Source of the DNA: Heptranchias perlo
Lineage: Eukaryota
Assembly (NCBI RefSeq): GCF_035084215.1
Contig: NC_090346.1
Location: 15,376,001-15,440,000 of the forward strand
Reading direction: 5' to 3'
DNA length: 64,000 bases
Part shown: positions 1 through 11,880 of the stretch, one piece after another
How positions within the stretch are numbered: position 1 is the first letter of the stretch
Layout: each line of letters starts with the position of its first letter
Program-made: the position numbers and the translations under genes
Notes under the pieces: model-generated
The model's database searches: none
The model's input: only the letters and a program-made list of their open reading frames with translations
Told to the model about the DNA's origin: nothing

Positions 1-653
1 GCCAGTGGTCAAATCTGATTTTCATAGCAATTTTGTCAATAAAATAAGGGACTACCCCTGAACTTTCCTTCCCCTTTAATTAGGAATTCAAAGATTAGCA
101 TAAGGGACAAGCAGACAGCATTTAAAAATGCACAGAACCTGGTAGGGTGGGATGGGGTGGATGAAGAGGGGGAGAAAGAGATTAGGAAAACTATAAGTGA
201 AGTTAAGTTAAAAATTAATTTAAAAAGCAAAATGTGATTAAATTGCAGAAAATGTCAAAAGAAAAAACATTCTTTTCAAATACTTACACAGTCGATAAAG
301 GGTAAACAAAAGTGCTGAACCACTTAAATTGATAGCAAGGAACTAAAACTAAGAGATAGGCAAATGACAGTCATTAAACAGTTACTTTGTAAAATGTTAC
401 AGAGGAAGAGAATGAAGAATATTTGCCTAAATCAGGGATCATATTTCAGAGCGGAGAAACAGCTCGGCTGTATGATGATACAGTAATAACAGGAATGGTC
501 ATAAAAAGGTTAGATGCTTTCAATAGACCATTCTTTCTTTTTTTCTCAACCCCAACTCCATATCCCATTATGCCAATATATCTCTGCCTTTGCAGGATTT
601 TGGAAAATTTAAGGTGATATACTCGTCCTTTTTCACTGTAGAGGTAGAAAGGA

Positions 654-780
654 GAATACATTCCCATCTGAAGGGCTGCACCTAAAGAAAGAATTTTCAC
701 CAACAATACAACACTCCCTCAGAACTGTACTGGAACATCAGCCTAGATTATGCACTCAAGTGCAGGAATGGATCTTGAAT
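654..780 (-). repeat. SINE-derived segment, copy A of a local duplication (copy B at 1551-1678)
   Basis: aatacattcccatctgaagggctgcacctaaag...ggatcttgaat nearly identical to 1551-1678; the distal part is the reverse complement of the SINE 5' region seen at 14095-14145. Confidence 0.7.
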
Positions 781-805
781 CTACAAACCTCTCACAGAGC
801 CTAAT

Positions 806-1020
806 CCAACAACAACTTGCATTTATAGCACCTTTAATGTAGTAAAACGTCCCAATGCGCTTTACAAGAACATAATCAGACAAAATTTGACACCGAGCCA
901 CATAAGGTGATACTAGGATAGGTGACTAAAAGCTTGGTCAAAGAGGTAGGCTTTAAGGAGCATCTTAAAAGGTGGAGAGGGGTAGAGAGGAGGAGAGGTT
1001 TAGGGAGGGAATTCCAGAGG
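806..1020 (-). mobile_element. L2-type LINE 3' end fragment
   Basis: caacaacaacttgcattta...cctttaa...aaaacgtccca tail, shared with 2766-3215 and (reverse) 35161-36075. Confidence 0.7.
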
Positions 1021-1550
1021 GCCAAGACAGTTGGAAGTCACTTCAAAACTTGTGAATCCAAACAAGACTCTTGCACAATTTGGGAATGTTTCTTTCAGGT
1101 TGCCTTCTTCTGCCTCCTCAGCAGGGTGAGCTGCATCAGCTCAGTGGCGTTTACTTGCTCTTTCTTACCATCGCAAATTTCACAGTGGCACATTTTGTGA
1201 ACAGCAAGGGAACCTCGCCAGAGTCATTCCAAATGAACCGTTTGGCAACAAGAGATACTTTCATTTAATTTGTAGGACTCAAGGTAAAACTGCTCCACCA
1301 CCATGAACAAAATCAAAATGTATTTTTTTTGCAGAGGATCAATGACTATGAAGCAGGCGTCTGCAAACCTAGTAATGATTTTAACTTGGGGATCAGTTGT
1401 CTAGACGTGCATTTCTGTAAGCAAATAGCACTTATATGTCACATTATCATGTTGGAACGTCTCAAAGTATTTCACACAATGAATTAAAGGCTATCTGAAT
1501 CACAGCAACAGGCAGGTGGGATATCGTTTTTTAATGTCTCATCTGAAGGA

Positions 1551-1678
1551 ATACATCCCCATCTGAAGGACTGCACCTAAAGAGAAAAATTTCACCTCCA
1601 AAATACAACACTCCCTCAGTACTGTACTGGAACATCAGCCTAGATTATACACTCATGTGCAGGGATGGATCTTGAATA
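1551..1678 (-). repeat. SINE-derived segment, copy B of local duplication
   Basis: Near-identical to 654-780; immediately followed by the LINE insertion at 1685. Confidence 0.7.
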
Positions 1679-1684
1679 GGTCCA

Positions 1685-2724
1685 TTTTTTTTTATTCGTT
1701 CATGGGATGTGGGTGTCGCTGGCGAGGCCAGCATTTATTGCCCATCCCTAATTGCCCTTGATAAGGTGGTGGTGAGCCGCCTTCTTGAACCGCTGCAGTC
1801 CGTGTGGTGAAGGTTCTCCCACAGTGCTGTTAGGATGGGAGTTCCAGGATTTTGACCCAGCGAAGATGAAGGAACGGCGATATATTTCCAAGTCAGGATG
1901 GTGTGTGACTTGGAGGGGAACGTGCAGGTGGTGTTGCTCCCTTGTGCCTGCTGCCCTTGTCCTTCTAGGTGGTAGAGGTCGTGGATTTGGGAGGTGCTGT
2001 CAAAGAAGCCTTGGTGAGTTGCTGCAGTGCATCCTGTGGATGGTACACACTGCAGCCACTGTGCGCCGGTGGTGAAGGGAGTGAATGTTTAGGGTGGTGG
2101 AAGGGGTGCCAAATCAAGCGGGCTACTTTGTCCTGGATGGTGTCGAGCTTCTTGAGTGTTGTTGGAGCTGCACTCATCCAGGCAAGTGGAGAGTATTCCA
2201 TCACACTCCTGACTTGTGCCTTGTAGATGGTGGAAAGGCTTTGGGGAGTCAGGGGGTGAGTCACTCACCGCAGAATACCCAGCCTCTGACCTGCTTTTTT
2301 AGCCACAGAGTTTATGTGGCTGGTCCAGTTAAGTTTCTGGTCAATGGTGACCCCCAGGATTTGATGGTGGGGAGTTCGGCGATGGTAATGCCATTGAATG
2401 TCATGGGGAGGTGGTTAGACTCTCTCTTGTTGGAGATGGTCATTGCCTGGCACGAATGTTACTTGCCACTTATCAGCCCAAGCCTGGATGTTGTCCAGAT
2501 CGTGCTGCATGCGGGCACGGACTGCTTCATTATCTGAGGGGTTGCGCAACCTAACACTGTGCAATCATCAGCGAACACCCCCATTTCTGATCTTATGATG
2601 GAGGGAAGGTAAATGATGAAGCAGCTGAAGATGGTTGGGCCTAGGACACTGCCCTGAGGAACTCCTGCAGAAATGTCCTGGGGCTGAGATGATTGGCCTC
2701 CAACAACCACTACCATCTTCCTTT
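1685..2724 (-). mobile_element. 5'-truncated non-LTR retrotransposon of the CR1/L2 group (RT C-terminus and 3' UTR)
   Basis: Minus-strand ORFs 2459-2716 (GVPQGSVLGP...FADD RT motifs) and 1965-2264 (IYKAQVRSVMEYSPLAW...LDTIQ); poly-T at 1685-1693; same family as 18158-18761 and 62401-62766. Confidence 0.9.
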
Positions 2725-2765
2725 AGGAGGAAGATTGCCACAAAGTGTGCATGACAATCCTACTC

Positions 2766-3215
2766 CAACAACAACTTGCATTTATATAGCGCCTTTAACA
2801 TAGTAAAACATCCTAAGGTGCTTCATGGGAGCGATTATCAAGCAAAATTTGACACAGCCACGTATGGCGAAATTAGGACAGGTGCCTAAAAGCTTGGTCA
2901 ATAGGTAAATTTAAAGGAGTTTCTTAAAGGGAGAGAGAGAGGTTTAGGGAGGACATTCCAGAGCTTAGGGCCTAGGCAGCTGAAAGCACGGCCGACAACG
3001 ATGGAGCGATTAAAATTGGGGATGCGCAAGAGGCCAGAATTGGAGAAGAACAGAGATCTCAAAGGGTTGTAGGGCTGGAGCAGGTTAGAGATAGGGAAGG
3101 GCAAGGCCATGGAGGGATTTGAAAACAAGGATAAGAATTTGAAAATCGAGTTGTTGCTGGACTGGGAGCCAGTGTAGGTCAGCGAGCACAGGGGTGATGG
3201 GTGAATATGGTACTG
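2766..3215 (-). mobile_element. L2-type LINE 3' fragment
   Basis: Minus ORF 2898-3344 contains NLLQPYNPLRSL...GRAFSCLGPKLWNVLP, typical of the L2 ORF2 C-terminus; (caa)n-ttgcatttatatagcg tail. Confidence 0.8.
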
Positions 3216-4358
3216 CTGGACAGAATTGGTCCATTTCGTTCCTCGGTAGCCATTTAGCCCTCTGGCAGGCACAAACTGTTCTTGAGCAAACTTGTCTCCA
3301 GGAGGATTAGAGGCATTAGGGAGATGGGACAGTCTGAGTAACACTTTAAACAGCTAAATGCTTCCTGACTTATGTTCCAGTCGTATGGTTTTTGCCCTTT
3401 TCATGGGTGGTGGTGGGGGGGGGGTGGGCTGGGGATGGAGTAAAGACATTAAAGCGTGTGCTTTCATCATAAAGAACTATGCACTTTTAAAATACATCTA
3501 TGCAGTAATATCAAATATCCCAATTTGCATCCAGGGCTGAAAAGGAAAGTCAATTCCCACTGAACCCTGTAGCTTCACCTGGTTCATCAGTTCTGCAATT
3601 CTTTGCTAACAGCCAAAATGTCAGTTGTTCAAAGTACTGAAGGGAAGGGATCAAAAAACAGGGAACTCCAATTGTGTACATGTATAACAAACACTCCACA
3701 CACTGGCCAGAGGCAACTGTACATGTTAGATTACAGCTCACACATAACGCACACACTAATGGTACTATCTTTTATACATCGATGTTCCACCGCCCTACAG
3801 AATGGGCACCCAGCAGATTGTCCATCTTCAAGAATTAACCAAACTCAGGGGGTCAGATGTAGTTTTTTACCCAAATGTGAGAAACTAAAGAAACCTTTGA
3901 CATGAACACATACCAGAGCTTATAATCTATATACAAACTCTGCATCTAAAAGCCAGAACTGTAAAATGCTCATCATGTTCAGTAGCTAAGTGGATTAGGC
4001 ACAATACCCTCCCCCAAATTAAATGTTGGGCAGTGGAGGCCTGGTAACAATGAGCAGCAGACAGGCAGCTAGATCATGTGCTGGCTATACACCAGGGGCC
4101 AATAACCTAGTTCATTTAACTTAATAAGCAGAGAGAAATAAATTATTTAAAATGTGGTATGCAATACCAAGCTATTGATAGAGCCAGCATTCCACAATCC
4201 TCAATACTGCTAAATGCCATTATTTCTCAACTACCTAATAAGGATTCTCAGGAAACTCACCATCAGAAAAAGGTGTTTTTCATCTTTGAGCTAGCTGAGC
4301 CAATATCATAAGTATTCTGATGCAATTTATGACGTTTCTGTATAAGTATATGATGACA

Positions 4359-5415
4359 TTATTCTACCCGTCCCTGGTGTTGCGAAAGATGGGCCTGGCC
4401 ACACTGCCACGGAACGCTCCATCCAGTTGGACCGTTCCGCCCCACCTGTCCTTCGTAGAAAAGTTTGTGCAGAAAAACACCTTTGATCTCAAGTCGATCG
4501 GGAAGTGGACTGCGCGGAACATCCTCGAGACCCTGCGGGGAAAAAGAGATGGTGAATCCTGTCGGTTGGTTCCCCGAGCAGACTGTCAAAGTCATTTGGC
4601 AGAATGCCTCATCGCCAGAACTTTCAAACAAGCACCAAGATGTAGCTTGGCTGGTGGTGAGAAGGGCCCTTCCAGTCAGATCATTCATGCACACACAGCG
4701 TCTCAGTGACATCGTACGCTGTCCCCGAGGAGGCTGTGGTGGGGATGAGAACGTCACCCATCTCTTCTGGAATGTGCCTTTGCAAAGAAGGTCTGGAGAG
4801 AGATGCAGTGACATCTGTCCAGGTTCGTCCCAAGCAACTCCACAACACAGGACTCTGCTCTACGGACTGTTCCTAGGGACGCACACCGAGACGAACATCA
4901 ACTGCTGCTGGAAGACAGTCAGCTTGGTGAAAGATGCCCTTTGGTCTGCCCAAAACTTGCTGGTCTTCCAGTGCAAGGAACTGTCCTCGACAGAGTGTTG
5001 CAGACTGGCACATTCCAAGGTCCAGGATTATGTGCTGCGGGACACACTGAAGCTGGGTGCGACCGCCACAAAGGCTCTATGGGGAAAGGCCACAGTTTAG
5101 GGCCCTCCCGCCATTGTATACTGAGGGGATAGAATCAGAGAAAAACCCCCTCGAGCTGAATGACAAACGTATTTAACACAATGTACTGTATCTATAATCT
5201 GTCATGACTGTAATGCAATGAGAAACCCTAGGGTGTCATGAACTGTATGTACAATGTATGGTGTGTAACTATTGATTGTATCAGGACTTTTGAATTGTAA
5301 TGTATGTACTGTTGCAAATTGTATGATCCATATTGTATTGTTTGAAGTGTGATTTGAATTGTATTGTATGTACCTCTGCAAATTTTATGAATAAAGTATA
5401 TTTTTGAAGAAAAAA
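4359..5415 (+). mobile_element. 5'-truncated L1-group (Tx1-like) LINE with RT-associated zinc-binding domain, 3' UTR, AATAAA and A-tail
   Basis: ORF 4465-5100 (WQNASSPELSNKHQDVAWLVVRRALPVR...CPRGGCGGDENVTHLFW) resembles zf-RVT; AATAAA near 5390, A-rich tail to 5415; flanked by atatgatgaca (4348-4358) and atatgacgaca (5416-5426). Confidence 0.85.
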
Positions 5416-5519
5416 ATATGACGACACTGCACAATAGCATATGGCAGGTTAACTGTTTCACAACTTTCTCTTCAGATCTAACTAGAAAGCTAAGTAGCAA
5501 AACAAAGTGCAACAGGGAC

Positions 5520-5790
5520 ACACTGAGCAGAAGATCCCAGGTCTGAGTCCCAGCTTATGCTGAGTTAGCTGATCTTTTTCAGGGGAGCAGTGAGGTGATA
5601 CAATTGAGTTGGGGGAGGGGGGGTGGGCGGGGGGAGAAAAAAAAAATCGGCCAGTGACTCCTGCTGGCAAATGCGCATGGATGTCAGATGAAGGCAAGAT
5701 CAGGTTTGTGATTATGTCGTAGTTGAATGGCCCATCGATACTTGCTGTCCTGGCTCACGTATGAAGAATGAGAATTGGGTAAGGTAGCGA
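5520..5790 (+). mobile_element. tRNA-derived SINE, family unassigned; reverse copies at 19020-19370, 19770-20160, 20520-20880
   Basis: gatcccaggtctgagtcccagcttatgctgagttagctgatc head and ctggctcacgtatgaagaatg body recur in reverse complement three times in LCMT1 intron 2. Confidence 0.6.
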
Positions 5791-8700
5791 TGGGCAATCG
5801 CTGCCTGTGAAAATGTACCCCAACAAGGAAGCAATGTCTGCTGGAAATGAAGAGAGAAAATTGGCAGAAAAATTGCAAACAAACTGCAACCTATGGCTTT
5901 GAATGGAACCAAGCCTCTTCCCCACCACAGCACAGTGTTGAATGTAATCAGGAAACAAATTTCAGGAAACACAAATCATTCATCTGTACTTGGCAGTCAA
6001 TTATTTTCTTTTTAAAAAAAAGCATTCAATATTTTTTGTCAAATTTTTGAAACAAAATGTTTACAACACACAAAAAGCAGGAATAAAAAGTTCCCACTTT
6101 GAATACTAAAAGTGTGTGTAACCCATCAACCAATAAAACTGTTTTGAATGGAGCATTTCCTTCCTCTCAGGCCATTTTAGTTTTGAAATGCTTAATGTGG
6201 AAACCACCCCAAGAAAAACAGGTTACTGAAGTAAACAATGACACTGGGCACTGCAACCACAGGCAGGCAGACTGCCCATTATTTAACTAAATGTTCCAGA
6301 AGGTGGAGAGAGATACCATATGGAACCCTAGGAAGTTTATGCTGCTGTTTACTGATCTGCCCATTTAATAAGTGAACTTGGTAACAGCTGAAGCGAATAG
6401 TGTCATACATGCTGATTAAAAAGGCAACCTTCAGTAACCTTTATTAGTAATATTTTTATGCACCAACTAGGTTAATCTACCATTACTACCAGTTTGCAGT
6501 ATTGTCTAGTCAGACATTGACACAAAAGGTACCCACTATAGCAGTGACAGGAAAAACAGGTTGTTTTCCCCACATTGATCAAAGATTCCAATATCCAAGT
6601 GTACAGTGCAAATGCAATGCAGGTTTCCCAATAAAAATAATTGTGAAATAGGACATTGACCATTAGCTTGCTATGATAACAATACAATAAAGTTTCAATA
6701 CAAGGTCCTTCTGTGCACAGAGGCCACAAATGCTAGTGAGGTGGAACTGTGTGTTCCTTTAAAGCCAGGAACTCTAATTGTTAAGTAAGCACAAGGTGAA
6801 GATCAGAGTTTAGTTGTTAATGAAAGAGAAAATGATGGAAATGACAGGCTAACATTTTGGTATCGATCTCGTCATAAGGGTTGTAGAATTTAATTGTTGT
6901 TTGGGTCACGGATTGTGGGGAGTAATGTGTTGTTTGGGAAGAGTAGTGAATAGCTGGAGGACGAAAGCATTGAGGAATTGGTAGAGCAACAGACATGAGG
7001 TCGAGGAGAGAGTATGAAGAGGCAAAGAGGGGTAGAGACTAATTAAGGGGGATACAATACTGGGGGCAGTATGGGGTGGCAAGAATTCAGGTTGGTGGCT
7101 AGCGAAAGTGAACATTTGCAGAACAGCAAGTAATTGGGAGAGTGTAGTGGATACAGAGAGGCAGTTGCAAACAAATTCACAAATCCATGTAGGATGAGGA
7201 ATAACACCCTTCTCCTTCAATTCAGAAGCCTACTGAGCACGATGAGAACTTCTGCAAAATGCTCAGGCTCAGAATCCACAAACATGACTGGTAGCACCCT
7301 TCAACTGTTATGAAAGGAAAATATCTAGCCGAAGCCTAGGCTGCGGCCTTAAAGCAAAAACTTTAATGGAAGTATTATAAAGATACAGAAGTCAATTCAT
7401 TGGATAGATTTATACATGTTATAATGAAATATATAATTTTCTAATGCTTTCAGGCATCAAGAAAAAAGGTAGATGAAATTTTTTCAAAAAATGTTTCGAT
7501 GCCACCTTCTCCTTTCTTTCATTAGCAAATTATCCTGACTGGTCAATCAAAATTGATTCCTTTCATTAAGTCTTTCATAGTTTTTCAATGGCAGTTTTCT
7601 AGACATTTTCGATTTGCACATTCCCTAGTTCTGTCTGATTTGCTGCTGTTTCACTTTGAGCCAATCAACAAAATGTGATAAGGAAAATAATACAGGAAGT
7701 AAATGACACTTACAGGAAGTGTGCATTATACACAAACCTTTAACATGCTATAAGATATATGAAATCTCCTGTAGTAGTACACACAGGTCAGAAGATATAC
7801 TGCTTAATAAGATCAGAACATTATACAATGTAAAGTGTAGGTCTGTGTCCCTTTAATTTATGTTTAGTAAACAGTGGGCTCATACAAAAGTCATTTAAGA
7901 GGCTGTGGTTAAGTACACACTGGATAAGTTCATATAAAAGCCAATTAAGACATCCAGGATCTGGTATTGTGTGTTTCTGGAGAATTGATTTTTCTCTTTA
8001 TAATTTTCTTTAAAGTGAAACACGCAGTATTAGAGAGAAGCTTGAGGGACAGGAAATGCTTGCTAATAACGCTCCTGTAAAACGCCTTGGGCGTTTCACC
8101 ATGCTAAAGGTGCTATATTTGCAAGTTGTTGTTGTTGTTGCTTGACGTACCATTTTTGTAACATTTAGACTAGTCAATCTCCTGTAGCATTGGAATAGTC
8201 GAGTCAGGAGGGAACAAAGACGATGAGGATTTAAGCGGCAGATGGGTTGAGGTAGAGGTGGGTGGTGTTGCAGAGGTGAAAGTAGGCAGTCTTTATGATG
8301 GAGAATATATGGGGTTTGAAGACACAGCTGAAGGTTAAGAAGGGTGCTAAGGTTGTAGATGTCTGGTTTCAGCCTGAAACAGTGGCCAGGGAGGGGAATG
8401 AAATTGGATGCAAGGGTGCAGAGTTTGTGGCAGAGGCTGAAGATGAAGGCTTTTTAATAGAAGATGCAGGATTTTAAAATATAATATAGATATACATGAA
8501 CAAATATAGTTCCACTACTTTTCTGGTCCATCAAAAAGTCACATTTGACCACTACTTGGTCTTCATCCAAACACTTCTCATTAGTATTTTGAAATGAATA
8601 TCATACATAAGGTTTGCCTGCATGACCAGCTCAACTGGAAATGTCTAAAAGCAGGATATCGCTCCCATCTACTTGTTTCAGAGGACCAGACAGGTCGTTC

Positions 8701-10479
8701 CTGCGTTGGAGAGCACTACATCCCATCCTAGCAGCTACACATTTATATCTGCTCACAGTCCTGATTTAGTAACTGATGGGTCATGGCCACTTGGGTGAGA
8801 TACACATAGAACTTGGGGCAGGGCAAAATCTGAGAGATGTCTATCCTTGTTATAGTTGTGTCCAGATACACCATGTTATGCCACCCGATACACAAGATAC
8901 TCAACCCAGGCATTAACCCAACACAGGTGGAACACTCCCAAATTTTCAGCCCTCAGCATCAGATCAAACTTTTGAGATAAAACACAAGTGATTTTTCTCC
9001 TTTACAGACAAAAGTTCTGGTGCACCCGTCCTTTGTGAACCAGTTGCATTTATTGAGATTCTGTTGTAATGGTGAAGTCAGCATCCTAAAATAAAGCTCA
9101 AGTAGGTGTTTTAGTGTCATCATAATCCAAGGCTCAGACAGGAATGCTGCAGAAAGGCAGATCTAATGACATGTTATCCAATACAAGATTCAAAAATTAA
9201 AAGCCAGTGCATGAGTATGGTGCAGATATTAAATCAGTTTAATGTAACCAAAAAAGGTTTGTACTGCATTTAACAATTCACATCTATAGTGCACCGAGTC
9301 CCTCACAGAGCACCCTCCACTATGTGGTTTATAACTGCCTTGCTGCTACAAAGCATGACAATCCTCCTGACCAAATAATGACTACCAACACAAGATTTGG
9401 TCTCAAATCACTAAGACTTGAACAACCCATCCAACACACAACCCATGGTTATAATTGGATTAAATCTGCTTGAGTCAAACTGAGACTAGAATGCGTAAAA
9501 TTGGTGTGGAAGCACAGCACAGTGAGCAGATCTGTTGCCACCGAATTGTGTTTCCTCCACAGGCGGTTCCTGTTAACCAGTTATCTCCGCAAGCAGGTTC
9601 ACTGTAACAATACAATTTAATGCTCCAGTAAAACATACCAAAATAGGTTCAACATAATCGCAGGTGCATACCACACTTAATAAAGCGAGTGACAAAAAAA
9701 TGCCATATCAGACCCATTCAACTTTTACAATTCATAACTCTGATAAGACAGTTATCCCCACACAACTTTTCTGTTATTTCTCCCACCTCCCAACAATATG
9801 ACCAAGAGACGGGGTTAGATGAAGTAGGGAGGGAGGTAGGAGGCTCATGTGGAGCATAAACGCGGGCATAGAACAGTTGGGCCGAATGACCTGCTTCATG
9901 CTGTAGTTTCGATGCAACTCGATGTAACAGAGGCCGGCCTCCTACAGGTCGACGATACATTTCAATTCTCAGTTCTGAAGATGATTATACGCTCAAAACA
10001 TTAACTGTCTTCTCTTTCCAGCATTTTCTGTTTTTTAATTTCAGTTTATTTCCTTATTATTTTAATTCTTCAGTTGCGTAAACTAGAAGATAATAGAGCC
10101 AAGTAGTGTATCGTAGAAGTAACCGTGTACAATTTGCACTGCACTAACAGCAATGAAATAGGCACTGTTGAGAAATTCCAGATCATACAGAAATATCTGA
10201 CATCACACTGAAATTCACCCAAGTTGTCTAAAAGGAATCGTCAGATTTCTATTTAAAGAGGGTGGTGTTTACTCTCAATTGTTACCGAAACGGTACAAAA
10301 TCAATGACCAGTGGAAAGGAAATGAGGCAATAGGTGTTCAGGCAACCCCTTCCCACATCACTAATTTGGCAAGAAGAGCATCGACTCTCGCTAGGTCGCT
10401 GCAATGGATCAGAACCCAGGACGAAATAAACGAGGAGGAGTCTGGAGCTAGGAGGGGGTGGGGACTGTAGGAATATAGT

Positions 10480-11880
10480 CTGTTGCATGGGCCCGGATCT
10501 GTACGTGGGAGGTCCGTGGATCACTTCTTCCACTCGCGATGAGTCAGCGCAAAGATTAAATGGGCCGCAATGGGAAACGTTATATGTTTAATTCCACAGC
10601 CCCATCACTTAAGCATACGCGCAGCTTGGAGATAGATGTTCAAACCACTCGCTCACATTGTGCACTTCACAGCACGTGAGCGATTAGACATAAACCCAGT
10701 TCCGAGGACACTTCCGCCACTTTCCATAAAGTTACTGTTTTGCGATATTGCCGGACTCAGTGTCCGACCTTGCTTTGTGCACACTAGCGTCTGAAGGGTT
10801 CTCAGTAACGTGCATTGGTCAACACTTGTGACAGCTTTAAGCAACAAATAGATCACCTTAACAAAGACAACAGCGCCGAGCTACACGCGAGTGGCCAATC
10901 AGCTACTTTATTTAATGACGTGATTTGCATTGAAACCTACCGACACGATAATAGTTACCCAACACTTCATCTACCGTCACCTCATTGCTTTACATAAAGC
11001 CACAACATAATGTATGGAAAACTCTAACGCAGATAAGCCCCATCCTTAAAAACCCAAAAGGTTCTGCTGAAGCCCTGTGTCCTCCGCCCTCCGGAAGGGA
11101 ACTTTGAGCCCTGAGATAAGAATGAAACTGGTGGACCGTGGCCACCTTGGTCTGAATGCCGTAGTTCAGTTCCAGCCGGCGCCCTCCCAAAACGCAGTGC
11201 AGAGCGACGGGACAAGCCAGCTGAAAGTTGTGGATGCGACTCCAACGAGCCCCAAAAGGAGTCGGAGAGTCAATCTTCTCCACAACCCCAACTTTCCGGC
11301 GAACCCTCAAACTTCTCCCTCCCATCGGGAGTTCCTGCTCCCGGTTCACCCCACCCGCCCTCGCATTCTCTCGGGACGGTACTCGCCTGCCGACAGTCTG
11401 GTTGGCGAGCTGCCGCATCCGATTGAACTGCTTCTTCATTGTTTCTCCTGGTCGGTTTCTTTTAAGTTCCGTCTTAAAATGAATTCAGTGAGCGTGTGTC
11501 TTGCAGCCCCAGGCCGCCGTGCGCACCATGGTCGCGGGGCTGTCAGTGTGCGGTCACTCGAGCTCCCGCCAGCTCTCTTTTATTTCCAATCGGATACAAG
11601 TAAATGCGGAGACTCCAACTCGGGCTCTGCTCGCCGATCGGATATTCTATAACTTTCGGCCTCTGCTCCCTCTCCAATGGGATACACTGTAGCCCTCGGG
11701 CTGGGCTGGGCTCGGCTCCGCTCTCTCTCCGGCGGGATACACTAAGCCCCGGGGGCTCCACTCTCTCTCCACTGCGATACTCTCAGCTCGCAGTCAGGGT
11801 GCACCGCCACCCAACCAAGGGCCAGCCGGAAGTTCCTCTACACCCCATTTCCGTTACCAGGGGGGCGGGTAAACAACAAC
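10480..11880. promoter_or_regulatory. CpG-rich island / promoter of ARHGAP17
   Basis: Strong local excess of CpG and GC over the AT-rich flanks; spans exon 1; ETS-like CCGGAAGT 11826-11833, GC box 11863-11868, FOX-like GTAAACAA 11869-11876. Confidence 0.75.
11387..11439 (-). CDS. ARHGAP17: Rho GTPase-activating protein 17 (RICH1/Nadrin), first coding exon; the rest of the gene is presumably left of the window
   Basis: MKKQFNRMRQLANQTVGR matches the N-terminus of the RICH/ARHGAP17/44 BAR-RhoGAP family; 53 nt ending in phase 2 at AG|GCGAGT; position next to LCMT1 and AQP8 favours ARHGAP17 over ARHGAP44. Confidence 0.9.

Noticed and set aside
10990-11386. Remainder of the 149-aa minus ORF after MKKQFNRMRQLANQTVGR
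   Set aside because: Similarity to ARHGAP17 stops at the GC donor; the rest is read-through into a GC-rich intron
1-11386. ARHGAP17 exon 2 (AEKTEVLSEDLLQ-like)
   Set aside because: Not found by eye on the minus strand; probably outside the window, though a short exon could have been missed
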